From an uncultured bacterium (GTDB lineage Bacteria; CSSED10-310; CAZUFC01): DNA of 40,586 nucleotides. The stretch covers positions 1 through 40,586 of the forward strand of contig CAZUFC010000078.1 of NCBI GenBank assembly GCA_964619725.1. Direction: 5' to 3'. Both the position numbers and the translations under genes were made by a program. The notes under the pieces are model-generated. The model did not search any database and was not told where the DNA came from. It was given only the letters and a program-made list of their open reading frames with translations. Positions 37,854-40,586 of this stretch are shown here, piece after piece (position 1 is the first letter of the stretch; the number at the start of each line of letters is the position of its first letter).

Positions 37854-40055
37854 ATGAGAAAATTCAATTTAAGGGAATGTCTTTCTTCTGCTGTTTACCT
37901 GCGTCTTTTTCAGACATCGCGTCTTCATGGCATTTATTGTTCTACCCGATGGTCGAAGGCGAGGATAATAGATGCTTTGCATGAGTTTTTTTCTAATGAA
38001 GATAATCTTGTTTTTCTTCTGAAAGGATTGAATGACGAAGCATTTCGAGCGATACGGATTTTAGCTGCAAATGAATTTTGTTTGGCTGCACCGGTATTTC
38101 TGGAAGAATTCGGCGACATTCCTTCGGCAGTCAGCCCTTCTTTCGCTGATGAAATGAATTCCCGCGTTCCTTCGTGCGTCACGGAGGAGCTTTATCGTTC
38201 GGGAATCATTTATGCGGTTGACGAAAACAGTAAGAAAAAGGGCAGACAATGGATCGTCATTCCTTCCGAATTTCATAAAGCGATCACCAATATGAATGAG
38301 GAATGGGTCAAGTCTGTCTCAGGTCAAATGGAAATAAAGCCTGAAGAGCTTCTGCATAATATGGCGGTTTTCGCTGCATACATCAGTTGCGGGAACATTC
38401 GGCCGTTGAATGAATTCTGGTTGCCTCCCTCTCATATCAAAGGACTTGTTTCACGGCTGCTGATTTTGCCGGGATATGGACTGAAATTTGACGATTCTCT
38501 TGACAGGAATTCTCTGCCCGGTTCAGAGAGAAAAATTCCCTATATTATATTTTTGCACTGGCTGATGAAATATTGCGGTTTCATCGATACGTCGGCGGAC
38601 AAACTGGCGTTGACTCAGTTCGGATGGACCTGGCTTAAAATGGGATTTGCAGCACGCCTGGATACGGTGATCCGCATAATTTTGAACCGTGATGTTGCAG
38701 AGGAGATAATTGATGAAAATGGAGACGTTTCCGCTATAAGCGATCAGGATTTCAGAAAACGGGCCGCCTATCTTGAGGATAAATTTCAGCAGCCTTTCAT
38801 GCGTCATAGAGATCCGGTGCATATTCGAATGCTTATAATGGAAAAGCTGTCTGAGCTCAGTTCCAGAAAGCGGACGGAATTTAATTTTCTTGCCGATGTA
38901 ATCACGCATCACTTATTGAAATATATCAATTCGAAGAAACGTGACCTGATGGAGGAAGTTAAACGTTTTCTGATCGGACCTTTATTCTGGTTGGGAATGG
39001 TGCGAACAGAGATGATTGAAAGCCGGGAATTTCCTGAGAGTATTAGCTTGACGAACATCTCCGGACATTATCTGAGAAACGACAGGCTTAAAACCGGCCG
39101 GTTTCCGAATGAAACGAATTGTAAAATGGGGAAGAACAACATTTTTTCCGTCATGAAAGGATCGCCTCCTTATTTTCTGTCTCAAGGCGTTCAATTCGGA
39201 GACTGGCTTGAACGTGATCAGCAAACCCTTACCGAACGGATAAAAATAAAGAAATCGTCCCTCATTATCTCGTCCGCCAAGGGTTGGGATTATAATCAAA
39301 CCATCAATTTCTTCGAATCGGCTCTGGGTAAAATGCCCACGAAACGTTTTACCGCTATCATCAAAAGATCGTTTCGCCGGGGACCTGATTTAAATATAAA
39401 ACTGTCGCTGATCGCTTCATCCAAAAACCGGAAGATCATGAAAAGCATCGGTGAGCAGCGCGTGTTAGACAAATACATTAAAAGACAGTTGTCGCCCAAC
39501 ACTGTGGAACTGAATGTTGAAAAGCTGGATTCTTTCCTGAAGGCGCTGGAAAGAGAGGGGTATACAGCGATTAATCATGCGACTTTTGAGAAAAAAAATA
39601 AGAAGAAATCACTGCCGGACGTTTCAATGCTTTTGACGGCGCTGCTTGTTTATGAACGAGTCGGGGAGCTGATACGCCGTGATTTTACAGCGGGACAAAT
39701 TCTAACGAATGATCTGAAAAGCAGGTTGAACAGGCTGCAAGCAATCGCTGCCGAGCAACATGCTGACGCGGTTATTGAGAAGTTGAAAAGCGTGATCGAT
39801 GGTTATGCGCCTTTCGGCGTTTTCGAAAACACAGCCGATAAAGATGAGATAAAACGCAGCATAGAAAAGGCTGCGGAACTTAACAGGTCCGTAAAAATCG
39901 ATTATTATACGGCAGGACGCAATCAGATGACCCAGAGAAGGATAACTCCTTATCACATTTCAAAAAGAAAAGGTGTGGATTACGTTCATGGATACTGTCA
40001 TTCCAGGTTGGACGAAAGAATATTCCGATTGGATAGAATCAGGAAGGTTTATTGA
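37854..40055 (+). CDS. Large WYL-domain protein (helicase-associated-like middle region, C-terminal WYL)
   Basis: C-terminal VKIDYYTAGRNQMTQRRITPY...YVHGYCHSRLDERIFRLDRI is a WYL domain. The middle region resembles XPB N-terminal-like helicase-associated domains (weaker call). GAGGT lies 9 nt before the ATG at 37854. Confidence 0.85.
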   Translation: MRKFNLRECLSSAVYLRLFQTSRLHGIYCSTRWSKARIIDALHEFFSNEDNLVFLLKGLNDEAFRAIRILAANEFCLAAPVFLEEFGDIPSAVSPSFADEMNSRVPSCVTEELYRSGIIYAVDENSKKKGRQWIVIPSEFHKAITNMNEEWVKSVSGQMEIKPEELLHNMAVFAAYISCGNIRPLNEFWLPPSHIKGLVSRLLILPGYGLKFDDSLDRNSLPGSERKIPYIIFLHWLMKYCGFIDTSADKLALTQFGWTWLKMGFAARLDTVIRIILNRDVAEEIIDENGDVSAISDQDFRKRAAYLEDKFQQPFMRHRDPVHIRMLIMEKLSELSSRKRTEFNFLADVITHHLLKYINSKKRDLMEEVKRFLIGPLFWLGMVRTEMIESREFPESISLTNISGHYLRNDRLKTGRFPNETNCKMGKNNIFSVMKGSPPYFLSQGVQFGDWLERDQQTLTERIKIKKSSLIISSAKGWDYNQTINFFESALGKMPTKRFTAIIKRSFRRGPDLNIKLSLIASSKNRKIMKSIGEQRVLDKYIKRQLSPNTVELNVEKLDSFLKALEREGYTAINHATFEKKNKKKSLPDVSMLLTALLVYERVGELIRRDFTAGQILTNDLKSRLNRLQAIAAEQHADAVIEKLKSVIDGYAPFGVFENTADKDEIKRSIEKAAELNRSVKIDYYTAGRNQMTQRRITPYHISKRKGVDYVHGYCHSRLDERIFRLDRIRKVY

Positions 40056-40270
40056 TATTTCAGTCTTCGTAGACGGGCAACGAAAATTATGCAAAAAGCA
40101 ATAAAAAACTTTTCTAAACGTTATGTATGGCTGTTTATTTCCCTCGCGAGCGTCTTCGGCATTTGGATAAGACAATTTTCGAGATTCCTGCCACCTGATA
40201 CGGTTTGGAATTTTGGTTTTCGTGTTGGATCGAGACTTTTTGCCCGGGAATTTATGCATTTCGTTTCTTA

Positions 40271-40412
40271 AAGCCTGCGCTCCCAGCGACATATCGTCAG
40301 ACACACTTATCAGTTGGTAATGCAGCGAAATGATTTCTTTCGGTTCTATCCATACCGGCCGCAGCAACGAATGAAAACGGATAACTGGGAGCGCAGGTTT
40401 CCAGCCTGCCTG
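40271..40412. repeat. REP-like inverted repeat
   Basis: AAGCCTGCGCTCCCAG (40271-40286) and CTGGGAGCGCAGGTTT (40385-40400), followed by CCAGCCTGC. Confidence 0.65.
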
Positions 40413-40586
40413 CGCATAGCAAACGGTTAAGAAACGAAAAACTACCTGTCAGGCCGGACCTGTAAATCGACCGGAAATGACGGCGAAGGCGGTAAAATTC
40501 TTACTTGCCGATATTTAAAAAATTACAAAAGAATCTGATTGACGCACAATCATTAGAAAGGCCGAAGGAATTCCCATCCAAAAAGA

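Overview
Bacterial CRISPR island, almost entirely on the minus strand. From right to left: a divergent WYL-domain gene (+ strand), then a promoter and a CRISPR array of about 78 repeats (37 nt, transcribed on the minus strand, degenerate and duplicated trailer). Next is a type III-D effector operon (HD-less cas10 with GGDD, cas7, cas5/csx10, cas11, double cas7, csx19, cas7-insertion). With 0-100 nt gaps this operon runs on into a CARF-HD gene and an apparently dedicated transcription apparatus: a CYTH-RNAP alpha-NTD fusion, a streamlined 1891-aa beta-beta' fusion with intact NADFDGD, a divergent shortened sigma54, and a sigma54 AAA+ activator lacking an HTH. Downstream lie an envelope cassette (secreted protein, ExbB/ExbD/TonB-like, OB-fold, acidic exported protein) and an RT-cas1-cas2 adaptation module. 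Two copies of an IHF-site plus -24/-12-like motif with identical spacing flank the envelope cassette. The headline candidate novelty is a type III CRISPR-associated multisubunit RNA polymerase with its own sigma54 and activator. All family assignments are by-eye motif recognition; no database searches were run.
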